DNA of 64,000 nt from a virus. Lineage: Duplodnaviria > Caudoviricetes. The notes below the pieces were generated by a model. The model searched no databases. It saw only the letters and a program-made list of their open reading frames with translations, and was not told where the DNA came from. Below are positions 27,358 through 39,700 of the stretch, in pieces (position 1 is the stretch's first letter; every line of letters starts with the position of its first letter). A program made the position numbers and the translations under genes. The stretch lies in the IMG/VR virus record IMGVR_UViG_3300044655_001017. One strand, written 5' to 3'.

Positions 27358-30300
27358 ATGGCTGAATTTAAATTAGATAAAATTAGATTTACCTGGAAAG
27401 GTGATTGGACTACTAATATTTTTTATACCAAAGACGATATTGTAAGATACGGCGGAAAATCGTATGTCTGTTTAGTAGGACACACTGCGAGTTCCAATTT
27501 CTACACAGACTTAAACTATATCAATAATGCAACTGAACCAGATACTGCTGCTCCAAAATGGACTTTGTGGTTTGACGGGTATGCATGGAAAAGTAGTTGG
27601 AATTTTTCAACTTTTTATAACCAAGGTGATGTAGTTAGATATAACGGTTTCTTGTATATCTGTCTTACCTCTCATACATCTACTGCACAAATTAATGCGT
27701 TGTCAGGATTAACCACCGATTCATTAAAGTGGTCAGAATATCTTAAAACTGATTATTGGAGAGGCGACTGGGTAGCAATGGTACCGTATCAATTAGGTGA
27801 TATCGTACGATACGGCGGCACTATTTACAGATGTACAAATGCTCATCAGATGTCTGCATTTATTGCAGTAGGATTGTGGGAAATTGTTACGCAAGGGGTA
27901 GATTACAAATATAGTTGGACTCCGTCAACTAATTATAAAGCTAAAGACATTGTAAAATACGGTGGTGATATTTGGTTATGTACAACTGACCATACTTCTA
28001 TTGCAACATTTCAAACAGGTAACTGGACATTATATGTCCCAGGTATACGATTTAGAAACGACTGGAGTTCTACATCATATACCTATACCATTAGTGCGTT
28101 GTTACCGGGTGTGCCTTATATAAAAAATGATCTTGTACAATACAATGGCATTATTTACAGATTTACAATGAGCGGTACACTTACTTTAGACATTGGAGAT
28201 ATACCATGGATCTTAACAACAACAATGGTAGAAATTGTACCACCCATTGGGGTATATGCTCCTGGTGATATTGTTGGTTACGGCGGCTACAATTATATTA
28301 GTAAAACTCATAATACTGATGCGGTTCCGAGTGTAAGTACAAGTGACTGGACATTATTGACCACCGGGTTTAAAATTAAAGGTAGCTGGTCGTCAACTAC
28401 TCAATATTACGTCGGTGATGTTGTAAGACGTAATGGACAGCTTTATGTTTGTATTTTAGATAATCTAAATACAGAAACTACTAACACTGGATTTTGGACT
28501 TTAGTAGTATCTGGTAATGAATGGAACGGAATATGGCTTTCTGGAAACACATATGTAATTGGCGACTTGGTGTCATTTAATACATCAACATACAGGTGTA
28601 TTTTAAAACATGTTTCAGCTTCTAATAATAACCCAATTGCCGATACTTCCGGTACTTATTGGAATCGATTAGTTGCAGGTGCAATTAACGAACCGATGAC
28701 TGCAACTGGCGATACGATTTCTTATCAAAGTGCAAATATTGCAATACCAGTAGGAACACTTGCTAATACTTATAAAGCAAGCACAGTACCATATTGGGAA
28801 AAATTTGGAGTAATATCTAATGTGTTTTATGTTGCACCAACTGGAACTGATTCTACTACATTTGGAATATCATTAGAACAACCATTTAAAACAATAAAAT
28901 ATGCTTGTGATTACATTGCAAGTTTAAATGTTCCTAGTGCAACTTTGTTTATTAAAACTGGTACATACAGTGAAATTTTACCGATTACTGTTGTAGCTGG
29001 GTTAGAATTAGTTGGAGACGAAATTAGAAGCACAGTAGTGCAACCTGCAAGTGGTTATACAACGTCAAATATGTTCTATGTTAGGAATGGGTCTGGTATT
29101 AGAAATATGACTTTATCTGGATTAGTGGGTACATTAGGTGCTGCTAATGAATATGGCACTAGTCGTCCGACTGCTGGTGCGTATGTTAGTTTAGATCCAG
29201 GTACAGGCCCTGCAGATTCGTCAACATGGATTACAACTAAGTCACCGTATGTGCAAAATGTATCTACTTTTGGTACCGGTTGTGTCGGATTAAAAGTTGA
29301 TAGTACATTACACAATGGTGGTAATCGATCAGTTGTAGCAAATGATTTTACACAAATCTTAAGTGATGGTATCGGTGTTTGGTGTACTGGTACAGGTGCA
29401 TTAACTGAATTAGTATCTGTATTTTCGTATTATGGTCACATTGGTTATCTAGCAGAAAATGGTGGTAAAATTCGTGCTACTAACGGTAATAGCTCATATG
29501 GCACGTATGGTACAGTAGCTGAAGGATATGATCTAACTGAAAGCCCATTAGTCGGTGCAGTTAACAATAGAACTCAATATGCTCAAGTTGCATCATCCTT
29601 TGCAGGACAAGCACAAGATAAAATTTTAGTGTTAGAATATTTAAATGCTGGACAAGAATATACAATGCAGTCAGCACCATCTGCATTATTTACCGGAGCT
29701 GGTACTGGTGCATCAGTTGTGTTTGATGAATTTAGAGATAACGCAATATTCGAAGCATTTGTGGTTGGTTCTACATATAGTGCAGGTGGTAGTGGATATA
29801 TTACCGGCGGTAATCAAGCACAAAGTGGTTCAGCAACTACTATTACTATTGCGTCTAATGACCAAAGAACATCTGCTAACTATGTTGGAATGCGTATTAT
29901 TATAAACAGCGGTACTGGGGTAGGGCAGTATGGATATATTCAATCATATGATGCAGTTAGTAAAGTTGCAACTATTTATAAAGAAAGTACTAGCGTTGCT
30001 GGATGGGATCATGTAATACCCGGAACACTTATTGCATCTGTATTAGATTCTACTACAGTTTACAGTATTGAACCTCGTGTTACTTTTTCAACTCCGTTAA
30101 TTACACTAACTTCAGTTAGTTCGGCCGCAAATACATCCGCAATTGCTTACGGCAACGGAAAGTTTGTATCAGTTGGCGGTACCGGTACCGGAGTTATTGC
30201 ATACTCAACAACTGGATCATCATGGACTTCTGGAACTGGTACAGTTGGATTTAATTCACCAACCGTTGCATTTGCTGCGGCATCTAACACATTTGTCGCT

Positions 30301-33300
30301 ATAAATGCGTCTGGAAGTGTATATGGTTATTCGACAGACGGTATAGCATGGACAAGCGGTACACTAATGTCTTCGAATTCAAATTCAGAAATTATTGCTG
30401 CCGGTACTAAAGTCGCATACGTAAGCTTTAATGCCAACCGAACTAATCTATTAGGAAGATCTGAAGATTTTTCAAATGCGAGTCGATGGACATTATCTCA
30501 AGCATCTGTTATTTCAAATGCAACCATTGCGCCTGACGGAAATATGACAGCTGATAAAATTGTTGCTAATGCAGTAGCTACATCTCACATTGTAACATCG
30601 GCTAGTTATTCTGTAACTGCTAATGTACCATATACAGCATCTATTTTTGTTAAAAATGACGACTATGCAAGAAAAGGTATTAGAATAAACATGGCAGGAG
30701 TGGTAGCTGATTACGATTTAATATCGTTAACCGCAGTGATGCAATCAAATCCTGGTAGCACAGCGGTGTCATATTCTATTATCCCGCTAGACAACGGATG
30801 GTACCGATGCTCCTTGACATATACCGTAAATACTGACACCGTAAACATGGAATTATGGTTGTCAAATGGTTACAACCTTGGTTTTGCCGGAAACGGGGTA
30901 TCCGGAATGTATTTTTGGGGAGCCCAACTTGAAATAGGTTCATACGCATCTGGATATATTCCTACATTCGGATACCCCGCCGCATCAGCAACAACCGAAT
31001 TACTTTCTTCGTCAAACGGTACATCGTGGACAGCATTAGGTTGCCCTAGTATAACGGGTGGTCCTATTGCATACGGTGGAAATACTTATGTATCATTCTT
31101 ATCAGGTAATACTAACCAACTTGCATATTCGACCAACCAACTCGCCTGGACAACTGTAATATTGCCAACGACCGCAACATGGGCAAGTGTAACATACGGC
31201 AACGGTAGATTTATAGCAATTGCAAATAGTGGAACAAATGCAGTATATTCATTAGACGGTATTACATGGGTGTTATCTACATTACCAATCAGTTCCACAT
31301 GGACAAAAATAACCTACAACCAAGGTGTATTCTTTGCGGTATCTAATTCAGTTAATTCTGCAACCACTAATGACGGTGTTATGTGGGTATTACAAACTTT
31401 GCCGATCAATCTCTGGAACAGTGTAGCAATTGGTTCAATCTCGTCTGTTCCAACTGCAGTTGCAATTGATACAACTGGGAATACCCAAGCAATTACGTTA
31501 GGAACCCGAGCATTAGGTAGAGTAATTGCTGCGTCAGGAAAAATCGGCGGTATTAAAATATGGAATCCAGGCAGCGGATATTTAACGGTTCCGTCAATAT
31601 CGCAATTTACAGGAAGTATTACCGGAACTACGTTATCTGTAACTGCTGTTAGTTCGGTAATATTGCCAACAGTTGGAATGCTGCTGGGCGGCGGTCTTGG
31701 GAATATTTTAGCAAATACATCAATAACTGCACAGAATAGTACAACATTTACTGGATTTATTTCTAATTTTAGTTTAACTATTACTGATATTACTAGTGGT
31801 GTGATTACAACCGGACTAGTGTTAACCGGATTAAGTATTTCATCTGGTACAACAGTAACTGGATTAGATTCTGCTATATTCACTGGGTCTATATCCGGCA
31901 CAACGCTAACCGTATCAGCAATGACATCCGGAGTTATATATGCCGGTATGACACTTACCGGTGGATCGATACCTACAGGAACATACATTGTTTCAAATAT
32001 TAGCGGAGCTGGTACTAATAGCACATGGACTGTAAGTACATCAGTAGCTCAATCATCAACTATTATTTCTGGTGTAAGATATACCGTTAATATTAACCAA
32101 ACTGTGCAATTAACCGGAATAACCGGAAATAGTTTTACGGTAAATATATCACAGACCGTTAACTCAGTTTATATGCAAGGGTTTACTGCAGGTTCTGCAG
32201 TAGTAACTATTACAGATCCAAATGCAACAACTGCTGCAATCTTAACTTGTCGTACAGGAAATGGTGTATTAGGAAACCCCACATTTATATCACGCGGTAC
32301 TAACTATCAAACATCAACTACTACTTGTAAAATTATAGGAGGAAACGGATATGCCGATGTTAATCAAACATCAAAATACTTAACTGTTAGTAACCTAACA
32401 TATCAACCTAGTTTAGGTTCGAGTTTAGTAATTGCAAACGACCCAACTGACTATAAAGTTGTTAATGTATCTGCAACCTCAGCTGATCCGTATTTTAATA
32501 ATGTTGTTCTATTCTTAACCGGTGACGATTTACTAGATCATTCACTATCTAACGTTGCATTATCTAACATTGTTGATCGAATAACAGTTAGTACTTTGGA
32601 AAAATACACCGGTACTGGTTCTTTATATTTTCCTCCAATCGGTGGTGGTTTTGCACTTCCTCAAATTACAGTTTCTGAAGATTTTACTTGGGAAGTATGG
32701 TTGAAAAGAACTGTTCCTGTGATCCATGTTTATACTATAGTTACAGCACTAGCAGGCGGGGAATCTATTGGATGGTATGGAAATAGCACAACTTGGCGTG
32801 TTCAATTTAGTAATGTTTCAGCGAATTTTACCATACCTGATACTATTAACCAATGGGCACATTATGCAGTTGTTAAATCCGGTAATACAATTCGTGTATT
32901 TGTAAATGGTGTTGAATATGGAAGTGTGGGTGCAACATCGGATACTATATTAAAAATTGATTCTATTGGTGATACAAGTTTAAAATTTGTTGGCTACATG
33001 GATAACTTGAGAATATCAAACATCGCAAGATATACTAAAAATTTTACCCCACCGACAAGTATATTTTCATCATACACTATTCAAATTAGTCCAACAATTG
33101 ATCGAGTATTAACGCCAGTACACGGAACATCAGTATCTATTAGACAAAAATACAGTCAAGTTAGGTTAACTGGCCATGATTACTTGTTAATCGGTACTGG
33201 TAATAGAACAACTACTGATTATCCTAATGTTGATATTACAACTGCAGCATCGTTTAAGCAAGTACAAGAAAACAATTTAGGTAGAGTATTTGTAACCTCA

Positions 33301-33726
33301 ACTGACCAAGATGGTAATTTTAATGTCGGCGGGTTATTTGGGGTACAACAAGCAACTGGTATTGTTACTGTGTCAGCTGATTTATTTAACTTAAATGGAA
33401 TAACATCATTATCATTAGGCGGAGTTCAAGTTGGAATAAATCAAGTAGCAATTACGCAATTTTCAACAGATTCATACTTTGTGGCAAATAGCGATAGTAT
33501 AGTTCCGACAGAACGCGCAATTAAGAGTTATATTGCTAGAGCTATCAGTGCAGGCGGCTCAAATGCACAAACTTCTATTTTAACTGCAGGTACTGTTCAA
33601 ATTGGACCATATAAAATTAATTCTTCAATTTCAGGTAGAGTTAAGATTAACAACAAAATGAATTTTAAAAAAGGCATTGATGGAACATTACTAGCAATGA
33701 ATTATTTTAAACAAAGCTGGCAGTAA
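27358..33726 (+). CDS. giant fiber/baseplate-wedge-like protein (paralog B1) with N-terminal CBM5/12-like W..Y..GD.V.Y.G..Y repeats, BNR-like repeats and a LamG insert
   Basis: 2122 aa; about 10 aromatic repeats at the N-terminus; 'W..VTYGNGRFIA' propeller repeats; C-terminus collinear with 33776. Confidence 0.87.
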   Translation: MAEFKLDKIRFTWKGDWTTNIFYTKDDIVRYGGKSYVCLVGHTASSNFYTDLNYINNATEPDTAAPKWTLWFDGYAWKSSWNFSTFYNQGDVVRYNGFLYICLTSHTSTAQINALSGLTTDSLKWSEYLKTDYWRGDWVAMVPYQLGDIVRYGGTIYRCTNAHQMSAFIAVGLWEIVTQGVDYKYSWTPSTNYKAKDIVKYGGDIWLCTTDHTSIATFQTGNWTLYVPGIRFRNDWSSTSYTYTISALLPGVPYIKNDLVQYNGIIYRFTMSGTLTLDIGDIPWILTTTMVEIVPPIGVYAPGDIVGYGGYNYISKTHNTDAVPSVSTSDWTLLTTGFKIKGSWSSTTQYYVGDVVRRNGQLYVCILDNLNTETTNTGFWTLVVSGNEWNGIWLSGNTYVIGDLVSFNTSTYRCILKHVSASNNNPIADTSGTYWNRLVAGAINEPMTATGDTISYQSANIAIPVGTLANTYKASTVPYWEKFGVISNVFYVAPTGTDSTTFGISLEQPFKTIKYACDYIASLNVPSATLFIKTGTYSEILPITVVAGLELVGDEIRSTVVQPASGYTTSNMFYVRNGSGIRNMTLSGLVGTLGAANEYGTSRPTAGAYVSLDPGTGPADSSTWITTKSPYVQNVSTFGTGCVGLKVDSTLHNGGNRSVVANDFTQILSDGIGVWCTGTGALTELVSVFSYYGHIGYLAENGGKIRATNGNSSYGTYGTVAEGYDLTESPLVGAVNNRTQYAQVASSFAGQAQDKILVLEYLNAGQEYTMQSAPSALFTGAGTGASVVFDEFRDNAIFEAFVVGSTYSAGGSGYITGGNQAQSGSATTITIASNDQRTSANYVGMRIIINSGTGVGQYGYIQSYDAVSKVATIYKESTSVAGWDHVIPGTLIASVLDSTTVYSIEPRVTFSTPLITLTSVSSAANTSAIAYGNGKFVSVGGTGTGVIAYSTTGSSWTSGTGTVGFNSPTVAFAAASNTFVAINASGSVYGYSTDGIAWTSGTLMSSNSNSEIIAAGTKVAYVSFNANRTNLLGRSEDFSNASRWTLSQASVISNATIAPDGNMTADKIVANAVATSHIVTSASYSVTANVPYTASIFVKNDDYARKGIRINMAGVVADYDLISLTAVMQSNPGSTAVSYSIIPLDNGWYRCSLTYTVNTDTVNMELWLSNGYNLGFAGNGVSGMYFWGAQLEIGSYASGYIPTFGYPAASATTELLSSSNGTSWTALGCPSITGGPIAYGGNTYVSFLSGNTNQLAYSTNQLAWTTVILPTTATWASVTYGNGRFIAIANSGTNAVYSLDGITWVLSTLPISSTWTKITYNQGVFFAVSNSVNSATTNDGVMWVLQTLPINLWNSVAIGSISSVPTAVAIDTTGNTQAITLGTRALGRVIAASGKIGGIKIWNPGSGYLTVPSISQFTGSITGTTLSVTAVSSVILPTVGMLLGGGLGNILANTSITAQNSTTFTGFISNFSLTITDITSGVITTGLVLTGLSISSGTTVTGLDSAIFTGSISGTTLTVSAMTSGVIYAGMTLTGGSIPTGTYIVSNISGAGTNSTWTVSTSVAQSSTIISGVRYTVNINQTVQLTGITGNSFTVNISQTVNSVYMQGFTAGSAVVTITDPNATTAAILTCRTGNGVLGNPTFISRGTNYQTSTTTCKIIGGNGYADVNQTSKYLTVSNLTYQPSLGSSLVIANDPTDYKVVNVSATSADPYFNNVVLFLTGDDLLDHSLSNVALSNIVDRITVSTLEKYTGTGSLYFPPIGGGFALPQITVSEDFTWEVWLKRTVPVIHVYTIVTALAGGESIGWYGNSTTWRVQFSNVSANFTIPDTINQWAHYAVVKSGNTIRVFVNGVEYGSVGATSDTILKIDSIGDTSLKFVGYMDNLRISNIARYTKNFTPPTSIFSSYTIQISPTIDRVLTPVHGTSVSIRQKYSQVRLTGHDYLLIGTGNRTTTDYPNVDITTAASFKQVQENNLGRVFVTSTDQDGNFNVGGLFGVQQATGIVTVSADLFNLNGITSLSLGGVQVGINQVAITQFSTDSYFVANSDSIVPTERAIKSYIARAISAGGSNAQTSILTAGTVQIGPYKINSSISGRVKINNKMNFKKGIDGTLLAMNYFKQSWQ

Positions 33727-33775
33727 GTATGACAATGGATAAATATAAAAACAACACAGATTTCGGAGTAGCTAG

Positions 33776-36700
33776 ATGGCTGAATTTAAATTAGGTAGAA
33801 TACGTTTTATATGGAAAGGTGCGTGGGCATCTTCGACCGCGTATTTAAAAGACGATATCATTAGAAATGGCGGTAAAACATATGTGTGTGTCGTTGGGCA
33901 TACTAGTTCTGCAGATTTTACAACAGATCTTAGTAATGTACCAACTAGATGGAATCAAGTATCTGACGGTACTGCATGGATGTCAGATTGGGCAATTAAC
34001 ACATATTATAGATTAAACGATGTAGTAAAGTATGGAGGTAAATTATATATTTGTACTACAACACACACATCTGCAGCAACTACTGCATTAGGGTTAGATG
34101 CTAATGCTGCTAACTGGGATGTGTATGCTACAGGTTTTAAATGGCAGTCAACTTGGACTACTTCAACAAAATATAGAGTAAACGAAGTAGTAAAATATGG
34201 CGGTATTATATATGTTTGTAATACTAATCATGTTTCAGCTGCAACTGCAACATTAGGGTTAGAAACTAACATTGGTTATTGGGACGTTTATCATAAAGGT
34301 TTTGATTATTTAGGACAATGGAGCGGCAGTTCAGTAAGATATAAAGCCAATGATTTAGTAAATTTTGGTGCAGATGTTTGGATTTGTATAACATACCATA
34401 CATCGAGTGCGTCATTTGTTGAGGCAAATTGGTCAAGATTTATCGAAGGATTAACTTACGAAAATACATGGTCAAGTGCTACTACATACCAACCAGGCGA
34501 CATTGTTGGGTATGGCGGTTACTCATATATCAGCAAAACAATAAACAGCAACGCCACTCCGTCTACAAGCACTACACACTGGGGATTATTTACTACTGGT
34601 TTTAACTTAATCGGTGATTGGGCATCTGCACAATCATATCAAGTTGGTAATGTTATAAGACTTGGCGGTTATACGTATGTTGCGATTTTAGACCATACAT
34701 CAAGCGGTTCAAACACACCACCGAATGCAACATATTGGTCACGATTAAATTCTGGTATTAAATGGGCAAACGTTAATAAATCATATACAGCAGTTGCGGG
34801 AACTAATGTTAGTGGGACAGGTTCATCTGCAACATTTAACGTCTCAACTTCTGGTACATCGTACACAGTTACCGTAAATGCAACCGGTACCGGTTATGCT
34901 GCAACTAACACTATTAAAATCTTAGGAACTGCAGTAGGCGGATTAAGTCCATTTAATGATATTTTAATTACCGTTGCTACTATTTCAGGTAGTGCAATTG
35001 CTACTATTACATCCACTGGTTATGCTGCAACTTGGGCAACTGCAACTGGATATGTTGCAGGCGATTCAATTACAGTTGGTGCAAATTCGTACATCTGTAT
35101 TCTTGCACATACTAGTGCTACTATTAATAGACCAGATAACGATGCATCAGGTACATACTGGAATGTATTATCAGCAGGATCGTCAACATCTGTATTAACA
35201 ACTACTGGTGATATTCCGTATATGAGCCAGTCTGGTCCGGCAAGATTAGGAATCGGTGTAGCTGGCCAAGTATTAAAAGTTTCATCGGCCTTAGTGCCAT
35301 CATGGGGTTATGTTGGTGTTATTGATCAAGTTTATTATGTAAGCCCTGCAGGTACTAATAATCCAGCACCTGATTATGGGGTTACTTTAGATCGCCCATG
35401 GTTAACTGTACGTTATGCAACCGAACAAGTCGAACGAGGTTCTTTAATTCCAAATGGATCGTATTTACTTGCAAGAAATAGAAGTTATATTCAACAGGAG
35501 GTAACTGGGTGGATCGATGCGCAAGTTACTGGTTCAATTGCACCTTATGTTAGTTTTACATACCCTACAAGTAAAGCAAGTTACCAAAGCTATATTGGAT
35601 ATGCAGTAGACGCATTAGTTTATGACTTATCACACGGCGGTAATGCTCGATCTGTTGCATTTGCACAAACCTATTATGCAAATTCTTCAAGAACACAAGA
35701 CGTTGCTACGTTTAATCGTATGGTTACTGTCATTAATGCAGTCATTGCAAATACCGCACCCGGTACTACCTATTCAGCAATTAACCGTATTAGTGATTCT
35801 ACTAGAACATTAGAATCAACTGCTACTACATTAGTAACTAATTTAGTAAAAATTATAACTGATGCATTAACTGCAGGTGTTAATACTAATATCCCGTCGG
35901 TAGTAAATACCAATTATACAATTTTTGTTAAGACTGGAATTTATTATGAAACATTACCTATAATTATTCCAGCTAACACTGCAATTGTAGGTGACGAATT
36001 ACGTTCTTCTAACATCCGACCAAGAAGTACATCTATTCCAACTACTGATACAACTTATAGTTTAGCAGCAGTGACTAGATTGAGTGCTATTATTGCAACG
36101 GTATTAACAAATAGCGCAGTAACGGTGTCATCAGGAAATACAGCAACACAAGTAACTACTCGCCCATCGAGTTCAATTTCGGCAAGTACACTTACTACGT
36201 TATTTACAAATTATAAAGATTATATCAATTTTTATATTAATAGTAGTGGTTCTGCACCTACATTAACTGGTACAGTAGCACCAACTACAGCTCAGGCAAA
36301 TTATGATGCAGTTGAAATACTAGAGGCAAATAAAGAATTTTTAGCGCAAGAGGCAGTTGCATATACTAACGTTACCTACAGCACATCTGTGTCAGCAACT
36401 GCTGCTAATGGTAATATTACAGTTACAAGTTCAACTAACTTTGCAGTTGGAATGCCAGTTGTGTTTAGTGGTACAGTTGGCGCATCAGGTATAGTAGTTG
36501 GAACTGTTTATTATGTTAAGACGTCGGCTGCTAACGTTCTTACTGTTGCAGCAACATCTGGCGGTACTACGTTAACATGGACTGCTGCATCAGGGTTAAC
36601 TGCTACTGTTAAATTATCATATGATTCTACAATGTGTGCTCGTGATGTTAGAGAATTAGTAAATGCTATAAAATATGATTTAGTGTATGTAGGTAACTAC

Positions 36701-39700
36701 AGAACTCTATTAGCTGCTCGTTATTACAGACGCAGTGTTCAAACTTCAGTACTTGAAGATATGTTCTATGTACGTAACGCAACTGGTTTACGTAATGTTA
36801 CAGTTCAAGGGTTAACTGGTACATTAGGAACTGCTAATGGATATGGAACACGACGACCAACTGCAGGTGCGTATGTTAGTTTAGATCCAGGTTGGGGTGC
36901 TGCTGATACGCGTACATGGATTTCTTCACGTAGTCCGTATATTCAAAATGTTACAACATTTGGTACCGGGTGTACTGGTTTAAAAATTGATGGTACATTA
37001 CATAACGGCGGGAACCGTTCTATTGTAGCAAACGATTTTACACAAATTATAAGTGACGGTATCGGTGCATGGTGTACAGGTACAAAGGCGTTAACTGAAT
37101 TAGTATCAGTATTCTCATATTACGCACATATTAGTTACCTAGCTGAAAACGGTGGTAAAATTCGTGCAACAAATGGTAATAGTTCTTACGGTACATATGG
37201 TACAGTTGCTGAGGGCGTTGATTCATCCGAAACTACATTAACTGCAACTGTTAACAACCGTGCTAGTCAAGCAAATATTTCAAATGTTGTAACAAATGCG
37301 GTTGATAAAATTTATCGTGTAGAATATTTAAATGCCGGCACTGGATATAACACTGCAACTTACTCATTTGTTGGTACAGGATATGGGGTTGCAACAGTAG
37401 CTAATGAATTTAGAGATAATGCTGTATATGAAACTCGTTTATTAACAAATGGTGCAAACTATGTAACAACATCAAATACCGGACAAGCTGGTAATACAAC
37501 ACAAGTTACTATTGCAGCAACTGATAGTGCAATTAGTTCAGCATATACCGGTATGAGAATTCAGTTAAATGGTGGTGCTGGTGCTGGACAAAGTGGTTAC
37601 ATTGTAAGTTATAATTCAGGATCAAAAATTGCGCTAGTTGCAAAAGAAAGTTTCCCAGCTATGACCGCAACTGCTACGACTGCAAGTTCGGATTTAATCA
37701 CAGTTGCAAGTACAAGTACGTTAACCGCAAACATGCCAATTTATTTTGGTGCAGCACTTGCTAATATTTCAGCGAATACTTTATATTACGTTAAAACTAT
37801 TTCAAGTACAACGCAATTTAGTATTAGTACAATTGCGGCTGGTTCTGTGTTTGATATTACTAGTGATACATCATCGCAAACAGTAGCAGTACACGCAGCA
37901 GGTTGGGATCATGCTGTTTTGGGTACGCCTATTGTATCTGCGTTAGATGTTACAACCACTTATACTATTGAACCAAGAATCGTTTTTTCTTCGCCAACTT
38001 ATAGTACTGCAGGAAACACAATTTCATCAAACTCATGGATTGATATAGCATATGGTGACACTATTGCTACATATACTGCAGTTAGTGCATCCGGTGGTTC
38101 TGGAGCTAGTGCTACATTTACTGTTGTAAGAACAGGCGTTGCATACTCAGTAACATTAGCATCCGGTGGTACCGGCTATGCAATTGGTAATTTTCTTCAA
38201 ATTGCAGGTACTAGTTTAGGTGGATCGTTAGGCAACGTGCTTGGTATTACAGTAACTAACGTAGTTAGCGGAACTGGTGTAATTACTAATTTTACTTATA
38301 GCGGATTTGGTGCAGGCGGTAACTTTGTTGCTATTACAAGTGCCGCAAGTACTACAACATTAATAAGTACAAACGGTTCATCATGGTCAGCAGGTGGAGC
38401 AATACTATCATCAAATTGGGTTGCTATTGCGTACGGTGTAGTAAGTGGTAATGGTTATTGGGTTACTGTACAAAATGGTTCTAATGTTACAGCTTATTCT
38501 ACAAACGGTGGAGTTTCGTGGACTCAAGGCGGGACATTAAGCTCAAATTCAAACTGGGCTTCCATTGCATACGGTAATGGTAAATTTATAGCAGTAGTAA
38601 AAGGATCACCTAGCACTGTTGCTAACATTACCTCAAACGGGGGAGTTAACTGGTCTACAACCGGAGCTCTTCCGTCAGATACTGGCTGGACTAGTATTGC
38701 ATATGGTGCAGGTACATGGGTAGTTGTATCATCTGGCGGTAATGCTGCAGCATATTCTACTAATGATGGAACGTCATGGACTGCTACGACTACGCCGTCT
38801 GTAGTATCATGGCAAAGTGTTACATACGGTAATGGTAAATTTGTAGCAGTAGCAAACGGTACAGCAGCAGCATATTCATTAGACGGTATTACATGGTATA
38901 GTGTAACTTTACCAGTAAGTTCAAACTGGTCAAAAGTTAGATATGGACAAGGGGTGTTTGCAATAGTATCAAGTTCATCAACTAATACATTATTATCGTC
39001 AGAAGACGGATTATTTTGGACTACTAGAACACTACCTGTTACTGCAGCGTGTTATGCAATTGCATTTGGAAGTTCTACTGCTGGCTCATCTATCACACCA
39101 TATTGGGCAATTTTGCCGCAATCAAATACATCTAACATGTACTTAATACTAGGTGCAACTGCTAGAGGACGTGTAAAAGTAACAAATGGTGCTATTAGTG
39201 AATTTAGAATCGTTGAGCCAGGTGGCAGTTATTTATCAGCACCAACTTTTACTATTACTGATCCAAATGCTACTACTGCATTTACCTATACAGTCAGAAC
39301 GGGAACTGGTGTATTAGCTAATCCAACATTTACTAATAGAGGAACGCAATATGCATCGTCAACAGCTACTGTAACTGGTAATGGATATACTGATATGTAT
39401 CAAGTTGGTAGTTATGTAAATGTATCCGGATTAATTAGTCAACCAATTCCAGGTTCAAATATTGTATTTACTGGAAATTCTACTGTTTATAAAGTAGTAG
39501 CAGTAACTAATTATCTAAGTTCAGGCGCAGGGATTGCACCATATAATGCAACTATTCAAGTTAGTCCTGTAATGTCAGCTGCACTTGCTCCTGCACACGC
39601 AGTAACCGCAACTATGCGTATTAACTATAGTCAAGTTAGGTTAACTGGGCACGATTTCTTAAACATTGGTACAGGTAATATTGCAAATACAAATTATCCA